A stretch of 64,000 bases of DNA from Candidatus Omnitrophota bacterium (GTDB taxonomy: Bacteria; Omnitrophota; Gorgyraeia; Zapsychrales; Zapsychraceae), in assembly GCA_020429915.1 (NCBI GenBank), contig JAGQKV010000019.1:17282-81281 (forward strand). The letters are read 5' to 3'. The notes below the pieces were generated by a model. That model did not search any database. It saw only the letters and a program-made list of their open reading frames with translations, and had not been told where the DNA came from. A program made the translations under genes and the position numbers. This document shows, piece by piece, positions 8,979 through 18,317 of this stretch (its first letter is position 1; every line of letters starts with the position of its first letter).

Positions 8979-9539
8979 ATGACATCCATATCCGAAGAAA
9001 CCGAATCGATCTCCAGGCAAGCCAAGGCTGTCGTTTTTTGGTTCACGGGATTATCCGGTGCCGGAAAGTCCACTATCAGCGAGGCGGTCTCAGTAGAGAT
9101 GAGTAAATTGGGCATTCAGAACTATGTCCTGGACGGCGATAAAATTCGCAGGGGGTTGTGTTCGGATTTGGGTTTTTCTCACGACGACCGTACAGAGAAC
9201 ATCCGAAGGATCGGCGAGGTGGCGAAGTTGTTGTGTGATGCGGGGGTCGTTACGCTAGTCGCGTTCATATCACCGTACATGGCAGACAGAGACAATGTCC
9301 GCGGTATTTTGGATAAAGGAAAATTTGTCGAGATCTTTGTCGATTGTCCCCTGGAAGTATGTGAGCAAAGGGACGTCAAAGGACTATACCAAAAGGCCAG
9401 GAAAGGGGAGATTGCCAATTTTACGGGCATATCCGATCCCTACGAAGTGCCGGCCAATCCGGAGATTCATCTGCGGACGGATCAGTCCGATGTATCGGAT
9501 TGCGTGAAGAAAATTATTAAGTACTATTTGCATCAATGA
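8979..9539 (+). CDS. cysC: Adenylyl-sulfate (APS) kinase
   Basis: P-loop [13 protein letters not shown] motif, 'FISPY' region, 186 aa. Classical CysC architecture. Confidence 0.8.
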   Translation: MTSISEETESISRQAKAVVFWFTGLSGAGKSTISEAVSVEMSKLGIQNYVLDGDKIRRGLCSDLGFSHDDRTENIRRIGEVAKLLCDAGVVTLVAFISPYMADRDNVRGILDKGKFVEIFVDCPLEVCEQRDVKGLYQKARKGEIANFTGISDPYEVPANPEIHLRTDQSDVSDCVKKIIKYYLHQ

Positions 9540-9548
9540 CGGAACGCG

Positions 9549-10511
9549 ATGATTAAGCGGCCCCTGACAACCTTGCTGGAAAGATATTTCGGATCCGGAC
9601 CGGACATTTCTGTACGGAATCACCATCTCAAAGATGTTGATCCCGGCAATGAAATCGCAGATGTCCAGATCCTAATGGGAACGCGCAGAGGCGTGTATTT
9701 ATGCCATGCCTCAAAATTACTGTTGTTGTTAGCCGGGCACACTTACGGCATGTCTGAGTTCAACGGAAGGTGGTTTGTTCATCAGCGGGGCAAGTATGCC
9801 GACCGGATTGTGTCTTTCCGTCTGAATGTCGATGTGGCGGAAGATTGCCGGCTGGAAATTGAAGGTCTGCCCATCGGCTGTCATCAAATAGATTTTATCG
9901 GGGACAGTTTGATCGTGGCGGACACTTACAACAATCGCCTGTTTGTCTATGTTTTCGACAACAACAGATTGAAGCGCGTTCGAGAAGTCTTTCCACGGGG
10001 AAGGTTAGCGCGGGGGCGTGCTTCCGACAACTATGCGCATCTCAATTCCGTTTGGAGCGACAGCAAGGCCGTTTATATCCTTCTGCATAATGAGACGCAA
10101 AAAACAGGCAGGAAAAGTGAGATTGTGATTCTGGACAAGAATCTCAAAGAGCTGGATTCGATCGTAACAAATTGCGCAAACGCGCATAATGTGGTCCGGC
10201 TTAACGGAAAGTTCTTCATCTGTAATTCCATGCAAGGAGCGCTGTCCGTCGATCAGAAAGATGTTTTTCAGACCGATATGCTTACCAAGGGGTTGGCTGT
10301 CACTGAGGAACATATATTTGTCGGCTGCTCGGAGTTCGCCAAGCGGGAAGATCGGGATCAGAAGGGTGGAGCTGTTTATGTGTTGACGCATAAGTTTGAG
10401 CAGGTTTTCCGTTTTACTGTGCCGGCGTCCGTTTCCGAGGTCAGAATAGCCAACCGGCCGGATTTTGCCCGTAGTAATCACACCCGGGACTTTGAAATTG
10501 TAGGTAATTAA
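9549..10511 (+). CDS. Hypothetical protein, no recognisable family
   Basis: 320-aa ORF with coding-like composition, tightly packed between cysC and an aminotransferase. Confidence 0.45.
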   Translation: MIKRPLTTLLERYFGSGPDISVRNHHLKDVDPGNEIADVQILMGTRRGVYLCHASKLLLLLAGHTYGMSEFNGRWFVHQRGKYADRIVSFRLNVDVAEDCRLEIEGLPIGCHQIDFIGDSLIVADTYNNRLFVYVFDNNRLKRVREVFPRGRLARGRASDNYAHLNSVWSDSKAVYILLHNETQKTGRKSEIVILDKNLKELDSIVTNCANAHNVVRLNGKFFICNSMQGALSVDQKDVFQTDMLTKGLAVTEEHIFVGCSEFAKREDRDQKGGAVYVLTHKFEQVFRFTVPASVSEVRIANRPDFARSNHTRDFEIVGN

Positions 10512-10539
10512 TTCTTTATTTTGAAAGGAGCCAAGAGTT

Positions 10540-11541
10540 ATGAGATTTACAATCGGATTCGACAAAGATGATATCCCCCAGTTGCACGCCTACTGGGACC
10601 AAATCTTCGCCTCCCAACGCTGGTCGGAGGGCGATTTTACACAATCATTTGAGGAAAAGTGGTCCAGGCACAACAACCTCGGTTCCGTCGCGTTTTCCAG
10701 TTGGGGCGGGGCCGCTCTGGCGGCAATGGAATACTTTAATCTCAAAGGGAAAACTGTCCTTTGTCCTTCCAATACCTTCATGGCCACCCCGTTGGCGGCA
10801 ATCAAGGCCGGAGCGCAAGTCGAATTTGTCGATTGCAACCGCAATGACCTGTGCATGTCTTTGGAGGATTTAAAGGCCAAGGTGGAGCAATATAAACCGG
10901 CCGCCATATTTGTCGTTCATATCGGCGGGCACATTGCTTTTGAAATCGAGGAGATCGCAAAATTCTGCCAGCAAAAAGGCATCATCCTGTTAGAGGATTG
11001 CGCACATGCGCATGGGGCCTCCTGGAACGGTAAAAAACCGGGCGCATGGGGAGACGCGGGTGTGTACTCATTTTACGCCACCAAAACGGTGTCGACCGGT
11101 GAAGGCGGTATTCTGGTGACCCGCCACGAGGAATTGGTGGAGTTCGCTAAAAAGTACCGTAATTACGGAAAATTCGAGTACGAAGTCGAGGGATTGAATT
11201 ACCGCATGAGCGAGTTCACGGCGGCTATCGGATGTGTTCAAACCGACCGTCTGGACGAGATTGTCGCTTGGAAAAATGCCTATGTTCGCGAACACCTCGA
11301 CCCGATACATCCCAACCGCGTCATTTTCCCGGACGGAATGATATCCGGCTACTACAAATACATTGTGTTCGATGAAGTCGAGAAATCGACCGGGAAGGTA
11401 TATGATGCCCCGTGCCACAAGATTATGAAGAAAGATTATGATCTTCCGAATACGGACTGGGTGGCACAAAATCATTGGTGCCCGCCTATTTATTACAAAG
11501 GCGAGGAAGTTCAACTGGAAACACTTTTGGCCAACAAATAA
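10540..11541 (+). CDS. DegT/DnrJ/EryC1/StrS-family PLP-dependent sugar aminotransferase
   Basis: Fold-type I aminotransferase motifs including the ...SFYATKTVSTGEGG... lysine region; 333 aa. Confidence 0.85.
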   Translation: MRFTIGFDKDDIPQLHAYWDQIFASQRWSEGDFTQSFEEKWSRHNNLGSVAFSSWGGAALAAMEYFNLKGKTVLCPSNTFMATPLAAIKAGAQVEFVDCNRNDLCMSLEDLKAKVEQYKPAAIFVVHIGGHIAFEIEEIAKFCQQKGIILLEDCAHAHGASWNGKKPGAWGDAGVYSFYATKTVSTGEGGILVTRHEELVEFAKKYRNYGKFEYEVEGLNYRMSEFTAAIGCVQTDRLDEIVAWKNAYVREHLDPIHPNRVIFPDGMISGYYKYIVFDEVEKSTGKVYDAPCHKIMKKDYDLPNTDWVAQNHWCPPIYYKGEEVQLETLLANK

Positions 11542-11560
11542 TCACTTATCGAAGGAGGAA

Positions 11561-12535
11561 ATGATGAAGGTAATGGTAACAGGCGGATCCGGTTTTATTG
11601 GATCCCATTTGGTGGAAAAATTAATCGACAAAGGTATTAAGGTCCGTATTTACGATTTGCAGTCTCCGGACTTTCTGGAAGAACTTCCCGAGGACAAGAA
11701 AAAGATGGTGGACTATTACCAGGGCAGTCTGTTGGAACAAGACCGACTGAGAATAGCCTCCAGCGGATCGGACTATATTTTTCACTTGGCGGCGGTAGCC
11801 AATGTCAACGACGTGGAGCGTGAACCGCGCTATGCGTTCGATATCAATATGACCGGCACCTTTAACGTCCTGGAAGCAGCTCGCAATAATCCCGGCATCA
11901 AACGAGTCATTTTTGCCAGCACGGTTTGGTCGTACCAGTGCACTCCGCAGATCGGGGACGAAGAGTTGCAGGAAGATGCTCCCCTGGCGCTTCCGTCTCA
12001 TTTTTACACGGCAACAAAGATAGCCGGAGAAGCCATGTGTAAATCCTACAGCGATTTATACGACGTTAACTATACTATCTTACGGTTTGGAGTTCCGTAT
12101 GGCGTGCGCGCCCGGGGTGCCATCGTGACGGCGATATTCGTTCACCGGGCACTGACGGGACAGGCCATTACCATCGCAGGTGACGGAAGCCAGTACCGGA
12201 AATTCGTCAATGTGGAAGACTTGGCTGAAGGGTGCGTCTTGTCATTGAGTGAGAAGGCGAGAAATAAAATCTATAACCTGGAAGGGGAAGAGATGGTGTC
12301 GATAAAGGATATTGCCGATGCCGTCGATGAACTGATCGGTAATGTTGAGATCATTTATACCGAAGGCCGCAAAGGCGATTTTAAAGGGAAAGACATTTCC
12401 AATAAGGCAGCCAAGGCCGATTTGGGTTGGGAACCCAAAATCAGCTTTAAGGAAGGCCTGGGAAGATATATTGACTGGTACAAAAAGGTCCTTTCCCAGG
12501 CGCAAGCCGACGAAAAGGCTGTCGCGCTGGTCTAA
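11561..12535 (+). CDS. NAD-dependent sugar epimerase/dehydratase (SDR family)
   Basis: VTGGSGFIGSHLVEKL Rossmann motif, YTATK catalytic motif. RBS GAAGGAGG precedes the ATG at 11561. The track ORF started further upstream at 11438 inside the previous gene. Confidence 0.85.
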   Translation: MMKVMVTGGSGFIGSHLVEKLIDKGIKVRIYDLQSPDFLEELPEDKKKMVDYYQGSLLEQDRLRIASSGSDYIFHLAAVANVNDVEREPRYAFDINMTGTFNVLEAARNNPGIKRVIFASTVWSYQCTPQIGDEELQEDAPLALPSHFYTATKIAGEAMCKSYSDLYDVNYTILRFGVPYGVRARGAIVTAIFVHRALTGQAITIAGDGSQYRKFVNVEDLAEGCVLSLSEKARNKIYNLEGEEMVSIKDIADAVDELIGNVEIIYTEGRKGDFKGKDISNKAAKADLGWEPKISFKEGLGRYIDWYKKVLSQAQADEKAVALV

Positions 12536-12550
12536 GGTGCTGTCTTAACC

Positions 12551-13264
12551 ATGAAGGTTACGATTCACCAACCGGAACATCTGCCATGGCTGGGATTTCT
12601 CGATAAATCCTCCATGGCGGATGTTGTGGTTTTTCTCGATACGGTGCAGTACCGGAAGAATTATTTTCTGAACCGGAACAAAGTCAGGACCGCCCAGGAA
12701 TTTGCCTGGATTACGGTCCCGGTGGCCAAGCATAAGCTGCAGACTCCGATAAACGAAATCGGTATCAACAATTTATTGACTTGGCAAAACAAATGCTGGC
12801 GCACCATCGAACAGAATTACTCCAAAGCCGACTACTTTGGCGACTTTAGCGAGAAATTCCGGGTCCTCTATACGACCCCGTATGACTTTCTGGTCGATTT
12901 GAATGTCGCCCTTTTGAAGTTTCTGTTTGAGTCATATGGCATCCGTACCCGTATTATTATGGCGTCGGAACTTGAGGGTGCCGAGGGACAAAGGGATGAG
13001 TTGCTCTTGAGCATCTGCCGTGAATTGGAAGCCGACTGCTACTTATCCGGGATTTCCGGGAAAGAATATTTGGATATGCGGATATTTGAGGAGGCCGGGA
13101 TAGGCGTTGAGTTTCAGGAGTTTTATCATCCCGTGTACAAGCAACTCTATGATCCGTTTATTCCGTGCATGTCGTCGATTGATTTGTTGTTTAATCACGG
13201 GCCGAATGCTTTTGATATCTTAAAAAGTCCGAAAACCGAAAGATTGGCCTACCAATTTGAATAG
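12551..13264 (+). CDS. WbqC-like family protein (O-antigen/polysaccharide locus accessory enzyme)
   Basis: 237 aa; N-terminus MKVTIHQPEHLPWLGFLDK and overall pattern typical of WbqC-like (PF08889) proteins. Confidence 0.6.
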   Translation: MKVTIHQPEHLPWLGFLDKSSMADVVVFLDTVQYRKNYFLNRNKVRTAQEFAWITVPVAKHKLQTPINEIGINNLLTWQNKCWRTIEQNYSKADYFGDFSEKFRVLYTTPYDFLVDLNVALLKFLFESYGIRTRIIMASELEGAEGQRDELLLSICRELEADCYLSGISGKEYLDMRIFEEAGIGVEFQEFYHPVYKQLYDPFIPCMSSIDLLFNHGPNAFDILKSPKTERLAYQFE

Positions 13265-13274
13265 AGGTTGAGAA

Positions 13275-13946
13275 ATGGCACAACAAATACTGGTCGTAGC
13301 ACCACATATGGATGATGAAGTATTGGGATGCGGTGCGACTATTTGCCGGCACGTGAAGAAGGGAGACCGGGTAACGGTCTTAATAGTGGCCAACCGCGCC
13401 TATGGTCATCGGTATGATGAGGAGCTCATTCAAAAGGAAAAGGAATGTACTCAGGCGGCCCAAAAGGTCCTGGGTTATCAGGATTTGATTTTCCTGGACC
13501 TCCCGGATGAATGTCTGGATCAGTCACAAATAGAGATCATTAAGGCCATGGAGGCGGTTTTGTCGGGGGCAGAGCCGGATGTGGTGTACCTACCCAACCG
13601 CGGCGATAACAACCAGGATCATCGCAGTGTATTCACCGCAGCCCGGATTGTCTTTCGTTCGCATTCGGCTGATAAGACCCCCGCTTTACGCGTATACGAA
13701 GTTCCTTCGTCGACGGATGTGGTGCCCTGTTTCAGCGAGTTTAATTTTCAGGCCAATTTGTACGTGGATGTGACGGAGTATCTATCGTTAAAGATTCGGG
13801 CCATGGCGTGTTACGAGAAGGAGTCCCGAGTGTTTCCCCATCCGCGGTCACCGGAAGGAATCGAAGTTTCAGCCAAGAAACGGGGCATAGAGGTCGGTCT
13901 GAGCGCGGCCGAGGCCTTTATGGTCATTCGGGACATTTGGAGGTGA
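13275..13946 (+). CDS. PIG-L/LmbE-family N-acetyl-sugar deacetylase
   Basis: N-terminal APHMDDEVLGCG zinc-binding motif (HxDD) diagnostic of the LmbE/PIG-L family; 223 aa. Confidence 0.75.
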   Translation: MAQQILVVAPHMDDEVLGCGATICRHVKKGDRVTVLIVANRAYGHRYDEELIQKEKECTQAAQKVLGYQDLIFLDLPDECLDQSQIEIIKAMEAVLSGAEPDVVYLPNRGDNNQDHRSVFTAARIVFRSHSADKTPALRVYEVPSSTDVVPCFSEFNFQANLYVDVTEYLSLKIRAMACYEKESRVFPHPRSPEGIEVSAKKRGIEVGLSAAEAFMVIRDIWR

Positions 13947-13953
13947 TATCTGT

Positions 13954-15717
13954 ATGAAAAGCCATACCTACATCATAAGTGAAATCGCCAGCACGCATGA
14001 GGGAGACTACGCTTATCTGCGTTCTTTAATAAAGGACGTCGCCAGTACCGGTGCGGATGCTATAAAGTTTCAAATTTTCCGTGCCGAGGAAGTTGTGGAT
14101 CCTGCGCATCCTGATTTTGGCGACTTGGAGCGATATCAATTTACCGCGGGACAGTGGAGTGAATTGATTATGCTGGCGCGGGAATATGCCTTGGATGTGT
14201 GGGTGGTCAGCTCTGGCGATTTCAGCCGAACGGTTATCCACGAAAACCGGGATCATATTCACGGAATTGAATTGCATGCATCGGATGTGGGAAATATAGT
14301 GATGCTGGAATTCGCCAATGAATGCGGCAAGCCGATGATCCTTAGTTGTGCCGGTGCGACGTTGAGCGAGATTATCGAGGCCCTGGACGTTTTAGACAAG
14401 GACCGCCAAATAATCTTAATGCATGGCTTTCAAGGGTACCCCACTCATTTGGACGATCTGAACATCGGCCGTATCCGCAGCCTAAAAAAGACGTTTCCGT
14501 TTCATATCGGATTCGCCGATCATATTTCGGGAGACCATCCGATGTCCGTGCTGTCTCCGTTGTTGGCGGTAGGGGCCGGCGCCGACGTGGTAGAGAAACA
14601 CATAACCCGCAATCGTGCCGAAAAACGTGATGACTATTTCAGTTCACTCGATCCGCAGGACTTCAAACGGATGGTAGAGTTGCTGCGCCAATCGGACGCA
14701 GCCCTGGGTACAGAGTTGTTCCGTTTCTCCGAAGCGGAAATCAAGTACCGCCGCGATATGAAAAAGAAAATCAAAGTCATGCAACCGATTGCGCCGGGGG
14801 AAGTCATCCGTCGTGGTCAGGTTGCATTTGTCCGTAACGCCGAGGGGACCGAACCGGTGTCCTTCGGCAGCATACAGCACAAACCCGTGAAGACCGCGTT
14901 GATCCCCGGGACCTTTCTCAGGGAAAGCCATTTACGCAATGAAGTGGGAGTTTTCGTAAACGCCCGTCTGCATTCGACCCGCTTGCCGCGCAAAGCCTTA
15001 AAGCCATTTTACGGGGGGATGACCACCATCGAATACCTGCTGAAGAGACTGACGTCGTATTCGGGGGATATTGGACGCATTGTGTTTGCGACCAGTACCG
15101 AAGAAGAAGACGCGCCGCTTGTCGATTGTGCGCGGAATATCGGTGTAGATTTTCTCCGGGGAGATCCGTTGGACATTATGCTGCGGATGTTGCAGGTGGT
15201 TGATCAATTTGGATTCACCACACTGGTACGGGTGACGGGTGACGATATTCTGGTATCGGGAGAGTACATCGAGAAGGCCCTTGAGTATCATTTTGAGCGA
15301 AATCTGGAATATACCCGGATCGCGGGACTGGCCTATGGAGCGGAATGTGAGATCATCGATACCAGTATGCTAAAACGCATTTATCCGCACGTGGTCCATA
15401 AGAAAGACACGGAATATCTGACGTGGTTCTTGGACGGATCCGGAGTATGCAAAACCGATATCATGCAAGCCCGGCAAGAAGATCAACGGCCGGACTACCG
15501 GCTGACCCTGGATTATCAAGAGGATTTTGATCTGATGCGGGACTTGGTTGAACAGTGTCACCCGAAAATCGAACAGTTTTACATCCCGCTGACAATGATC
15601 AATCAATATTTGGACGGAACACATTTGAATGTTCCGCATACGGATGCTTGGCAAAAAATCAGCCGGGAAGACATTGATGTTTCCTTGAACTATCAATTTG
15701 AGAGGGCAGCCCGATGA
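13954..15717 (+). CDS. Bifunctional fusion: NeuB-family nonulosonic-acid synthase (N-terminal ~320 aa, with SAF domain) plus acylneuraminate-type cytidylyltransferase domain (C-terminal ~260 aa)
   Basis: N-terminal NeuB TIM-barrel motifs (IISEIASTHEGD, DAIKFQ); SAF-like stretch (KVMQPIAPGEVI). The C-terminal half has a cytidylyltransferase signature NARLHSTRLPRKAL (the R..S.RLP.K motif of CMP-NeuAc/CMP-Kdo synthetases); 587 aa. Confidence 0.7.
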   Translation: MKSHTYIISEIASTHEGDYAYLRSLIKDVASTGADAIKFQIFRAEEVVDPAHPDFGDLERYQFTAGQWSELIMLAREYALDVWVVSSGDFSRTVIHENRDHIHGIELHASDVGNIVMLEFANECGKPMILSCAGATLSEIIEALDVLDKDRQIILMHGFQGYPTHLDDLNIGRIRSLKKTFPFHIGFADHISGDHPMSVLSPLLAVGAGADVVEKHITRNRAEKRDDYFSSLDPQDFKRMVELLRQSDAALGTELFRFSEAEIKYRRDMKKKIKVMQPIAPGEVIRRGQVAFVRNAEGTEPVSFGSIQHKPVKTALIPGTFLRESHLRNEVGVFVNARLHSTRLPRKALKPFYGGMTTIEYLLKRLTSYSGDIGRIVFATSTEEEDAPLVDCARNIGVDFLRGDPLDIMLRMLQVVDQFGFTTLVRVTGDDILVSGEYIEKALEYHFERNLEYTRIAGLAYGAECEIIDTSMLKRIYPHVVHKKDTEYLTWFLDGSGVCKTDIMQARQEDQRPDYRLTLDYQEDFDLMRDLVEQCHPKIEQFYIPLTMINQYLDGTHLNVPHTDAWQKISREDIDVSLNYQFERAAR

Positions 15718-16760
15718 AGGTCGGACAACACACCATCGGTGCGGGGCATCCCGTATTCATCATCGGGGAAATCGGCACCAACCACAACGGCCGAATAGAT
15801 ACGGCCAAGGAACTGATCGATATGGCCGCCGCTGCCGGAGTCAATGCCGTAAAGTTTCAGACTTTCAAGGCGACGGATATCATCAATCCCACATTGCCCG
15901 CAGATTATGATCCGCAGGAACCGGTCCCGTCCAAGTATACATACTTTCATGAGTATATCGCGGAGTATGAATTGCCGTATGAATGGCATGATGAATTGAT
16001 CACATATGCGTCGGCGCAGAGGATCGAGTTTATATCAACGCCGTGTTCACTGGAAGCCGTCGATTTTCTGGCCGACCGAATTCCCGCCTACAAGATTGCC
16101 TCCATGGACCTTAACAATGTGCGGCTGCTCAATGCCGTCGGGAGGAAACAGAAGCCGGTCATCATTTCCTCGGGGATTGGAAGTTTGGGTGACATAGAGA
16201 AGGCCTTGGATGTGCTGCGCGGCAGCGGCTGTCCTGAGATTTGTTTACTGCACTGCGTTTCCAATTATCCGGCCAAACCTGCGGAGCTGAATCTAAGAAA
16301 CATCAAGATGTTGGCCGCCGCGTTCGGAGTCCCGGTCGGCTTTTCAGATCACTCTCTGGGCTTTGTCAGTTCCGTCGTCGCGGTCGCGTTGGGCGCGTGT
16401 GTGATCGAAAAACATATTACCCTGGACCGGACCATGCCGGGGCCGGACCATTCCTTCGCGTTGGATAAGAACGGCCTCACTGATTTGGTAACGGCTGTCC
16501 GGGAGGCTGAAGCGTCATTGGGCCGTTCGACGCGGAGTATTAGCGCGGATGAACGGCCTAAGATCTCGACCTACCGGCGGAGTATCTGCTCGAATAAACC
16601 TCTCGCCAAGGGGCACCGGGTCACGGCCGGGGATATTGACATTATCCGCCCGGGAAACGGAATTGATCCCTACGATTTGGAAAAGGTTATCGGATTGAGT
16701 CTTCAACGGGAGATAGCGGCATTTACGCCGCTGTCGTGGGAATTATTTAAGGATGAATAG
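15714..16760 (+). CDS. NeuB/PseI/LegI-family N-acetylneuraminate (nonulosonate) synthase
   Basis: IIGEIGTNHNG, VKFQTFKA and a C-terminal SAF/antifreeze-like domain; 348 aa; ATGA overlap with the preceding gene. Confidence 0.85.
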   Translation: MKVGQHTIGAGHPVFIIGEIGTNHNGRIDTAKELIDMAAAAGVNAVKFQTFKATDIINPTLPADYDPQEPVPSKYTYFHEYIAEYELPYEWHDELITYASAQRIEFISTPCSLEAVDFLADRIPAYKIASMDLNNVRLLNAVGRKQKPVIISSGIGSLGDIEKALDVLRGSGCPEICLLHCVSNYPAKPAELNLRNIKMLAAAFGVPVGFSDHSLGFVSSVVAVALGACVIEKHITLDRTMPGPDHSFALDKNGLTDLVTAVREAEASLGRSTRSISADERPKISTYRRSICSNKPLAKGHRVTAGDIDIIRPGNGIDPYDLEKVIGLSLQREIAAFTPLSWELFKDE

Positions 16761-17781
16761 ACTGTATTTGCGTCTGGATGCGGCGAGTTTTCTGGGCTAC
16801 GGGCACATGTACCAATGTTTGGCGTTGGCCGAGGTTTGCCGCACCGACTTTTCAATTATTTTTTTGGTGAAAGACCATGAACCCGGCGTGGCAGAGCAGA
16901 TCCGCTTGGCGGGATATCCGGTGTTGAATGTTCCGCATGCCATGGATGAGGAGCAGGAGGTCGAGTTTATCCTGAGCAATGTCCCGCGGGAGGGAACGGC
17001 CGGGATACTCATCGACCACCACTATCTCAGTGAAGACTACTCCCGGCGCTTGAAACAGGGGGGCTATTGGCTTGCCCAAATAGATGACGAAGGTAAGCGG
17101 GGATTTTGTTGCGACCTGCTGATTAACTACAACATTTACGCGGATGAGATTCCCTACAGCACCGGTACGCATACCGTGAAACTCTTGGGTCCGCAATATG
17201 CAATCTTGCGGTGGGAGTTCGGCGGATTGCCGGATACGGCCAAGAATTCAGCGCGGTTGCTGGTCACCATGGGGGGCGGCTATGCCCGCGGAGAAGTCGT
17301 CAAGATCTTGGCGGCGCTGGAGCTCATTGCGCCAGATATTCTCGAACGGATCGACCCGGTGATCATTGTGGGATCCGGATATCCCGGCAGCGGTGAGCTC
17401 GTGAGGGCGTGCGCGGACAAACCCTTCACCGTTATTGTGAGTCCCTCCGGCATGGCCCGTCACATGATGGGGGCCGGATTTGCCGTCAGCGGTGCCGGCG
17501 GCACTCTGTATGAACTGGCCCGGTGCCGAGTGCCGGCGATAACCATAACATTGGACCACAACCAGGAACAGATCGCGGACGGTTTTGCCGCACGGGGACT
17601 GTCCGTCAGTCTCGGCTGGTATGAGTCGGTGACCCCCGAGGCGATCGCCGCGGCCATCACACGATGGGCCGATCAGGACGAAGTCCGGGAAGATTATCGC
17701 CGCCGAGTAACCGGTTTGATAGACGGCAAAGGCACGGAACGAATCGCGATGGAGATAAAAAGACAATGTCTGGTCGCTTAG
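16753..17781 (+). CDS. PseG-like UDP-sugar hydrolase (GT28 C-terminal-domain-like) of nonulosonic acid biosynthesis
   Basis: 342 aa; glycosyltransferase-28-like C-terminal fold motifs (GGTLYELARCRVPAI) typical of the pseudaminic-acid PseG family. Confidence 0.6.
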   Translation: MNRLYLRLDAASFLGYGHMYQCLALAEVCRTDFSIIFLVKDHEPGVAEQIRLAGYPVLNVPHAMDEEQEVEFILSNVPREGTAGILIDHHYLSEDYSRRLKQGGYWLAQIDDEGKRGFCCDLLINYNIYADEIPYSTGTHTVKLLGPQYAILRWEFGGLPDTAKNSARLLVTMGGGYARGEVVKILAALELIAPDILERIDPVIIVGSGYPGSGELVRACADKPFTVIVSPSGMARHMMGAGFAVSGAGGTLYELARCRVPAITITLDHNQEQIADGFAARGLSVSLGWYESVTPEAIAAAITRWADQDEVREDYRRRVTGLIDGKGTERIAMEIKRQCLVA

Positions 17782-18317
17782 CCACGGTCGAACTTCTCTC
17801 CGAGGGAACCTTGGAACATTTGGCTGAGAGCCTGGTCGAACTGGATCAGTTCGTCGTGGCGGAAATGGCGGAGCTGTTCTCGAGCGAGCCCTGGCTGACG
17901 CGCCATTTCGCCATGCCCTTGCCGGACAAGTGGAATTTAAGCTGCGTCGCGACGGAAGGTCGGGAAGTGACGGCCTTTGTGATTGGGTCCAGGATTGCGC
18001 CGGATACGGGATATATCCACCGTTTTGTAGTGGCCCCGGCAGCCCGGTCCAAGGGGGTCGGATCCAAATTATTGGATTTCTTTCATAGCAAAGCCGGCGC
18101 ATTAGGGTTGAACCGGATTTTTCTGGAAGTCAACCGCCACAATTCCGGGGCGGTCAAATTTTACCGCAAGAACCGATACCTTGCGTGTGATGATGAACAG
18201 ATTCGGAATTATTTGATCATGAGGGACAAATTGGAGGAGGCCAAACTCGGAGATTCCTTCTATGTAGAAGAGGGATTTCCCGATGAGAAGTGTGTGATGC
18301 AGAGGATGATACGGTGA
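17766..18317 (+). CDS. GNAT-family N-acetyltransferase (PseH-like)
   Basis: GNAT motif A (HRFVVAPAARSKGVGSKLL); start at the ATG at 17766, overlapping the preceding gene by 16 nt (the track ORF began upstream inside the PseG-like gene). Confidence 0.65.
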   Translation: MSGRLATVELLSEGTLEHLAESLVELDQFVVAEMAELFSSEPWLTRHFAMPLPDKWNLSCVATEGREVTAFVIGSRIAPDTGYIHRFVVAPAARSKGVGSKLLDFFHSKAGALGLNRIFLEVNRHNSGAVKFYRKNRYLACDDEQIRNYLIMRDKLEEAKLGDSFYVEEGFPDEKCVMQRMIR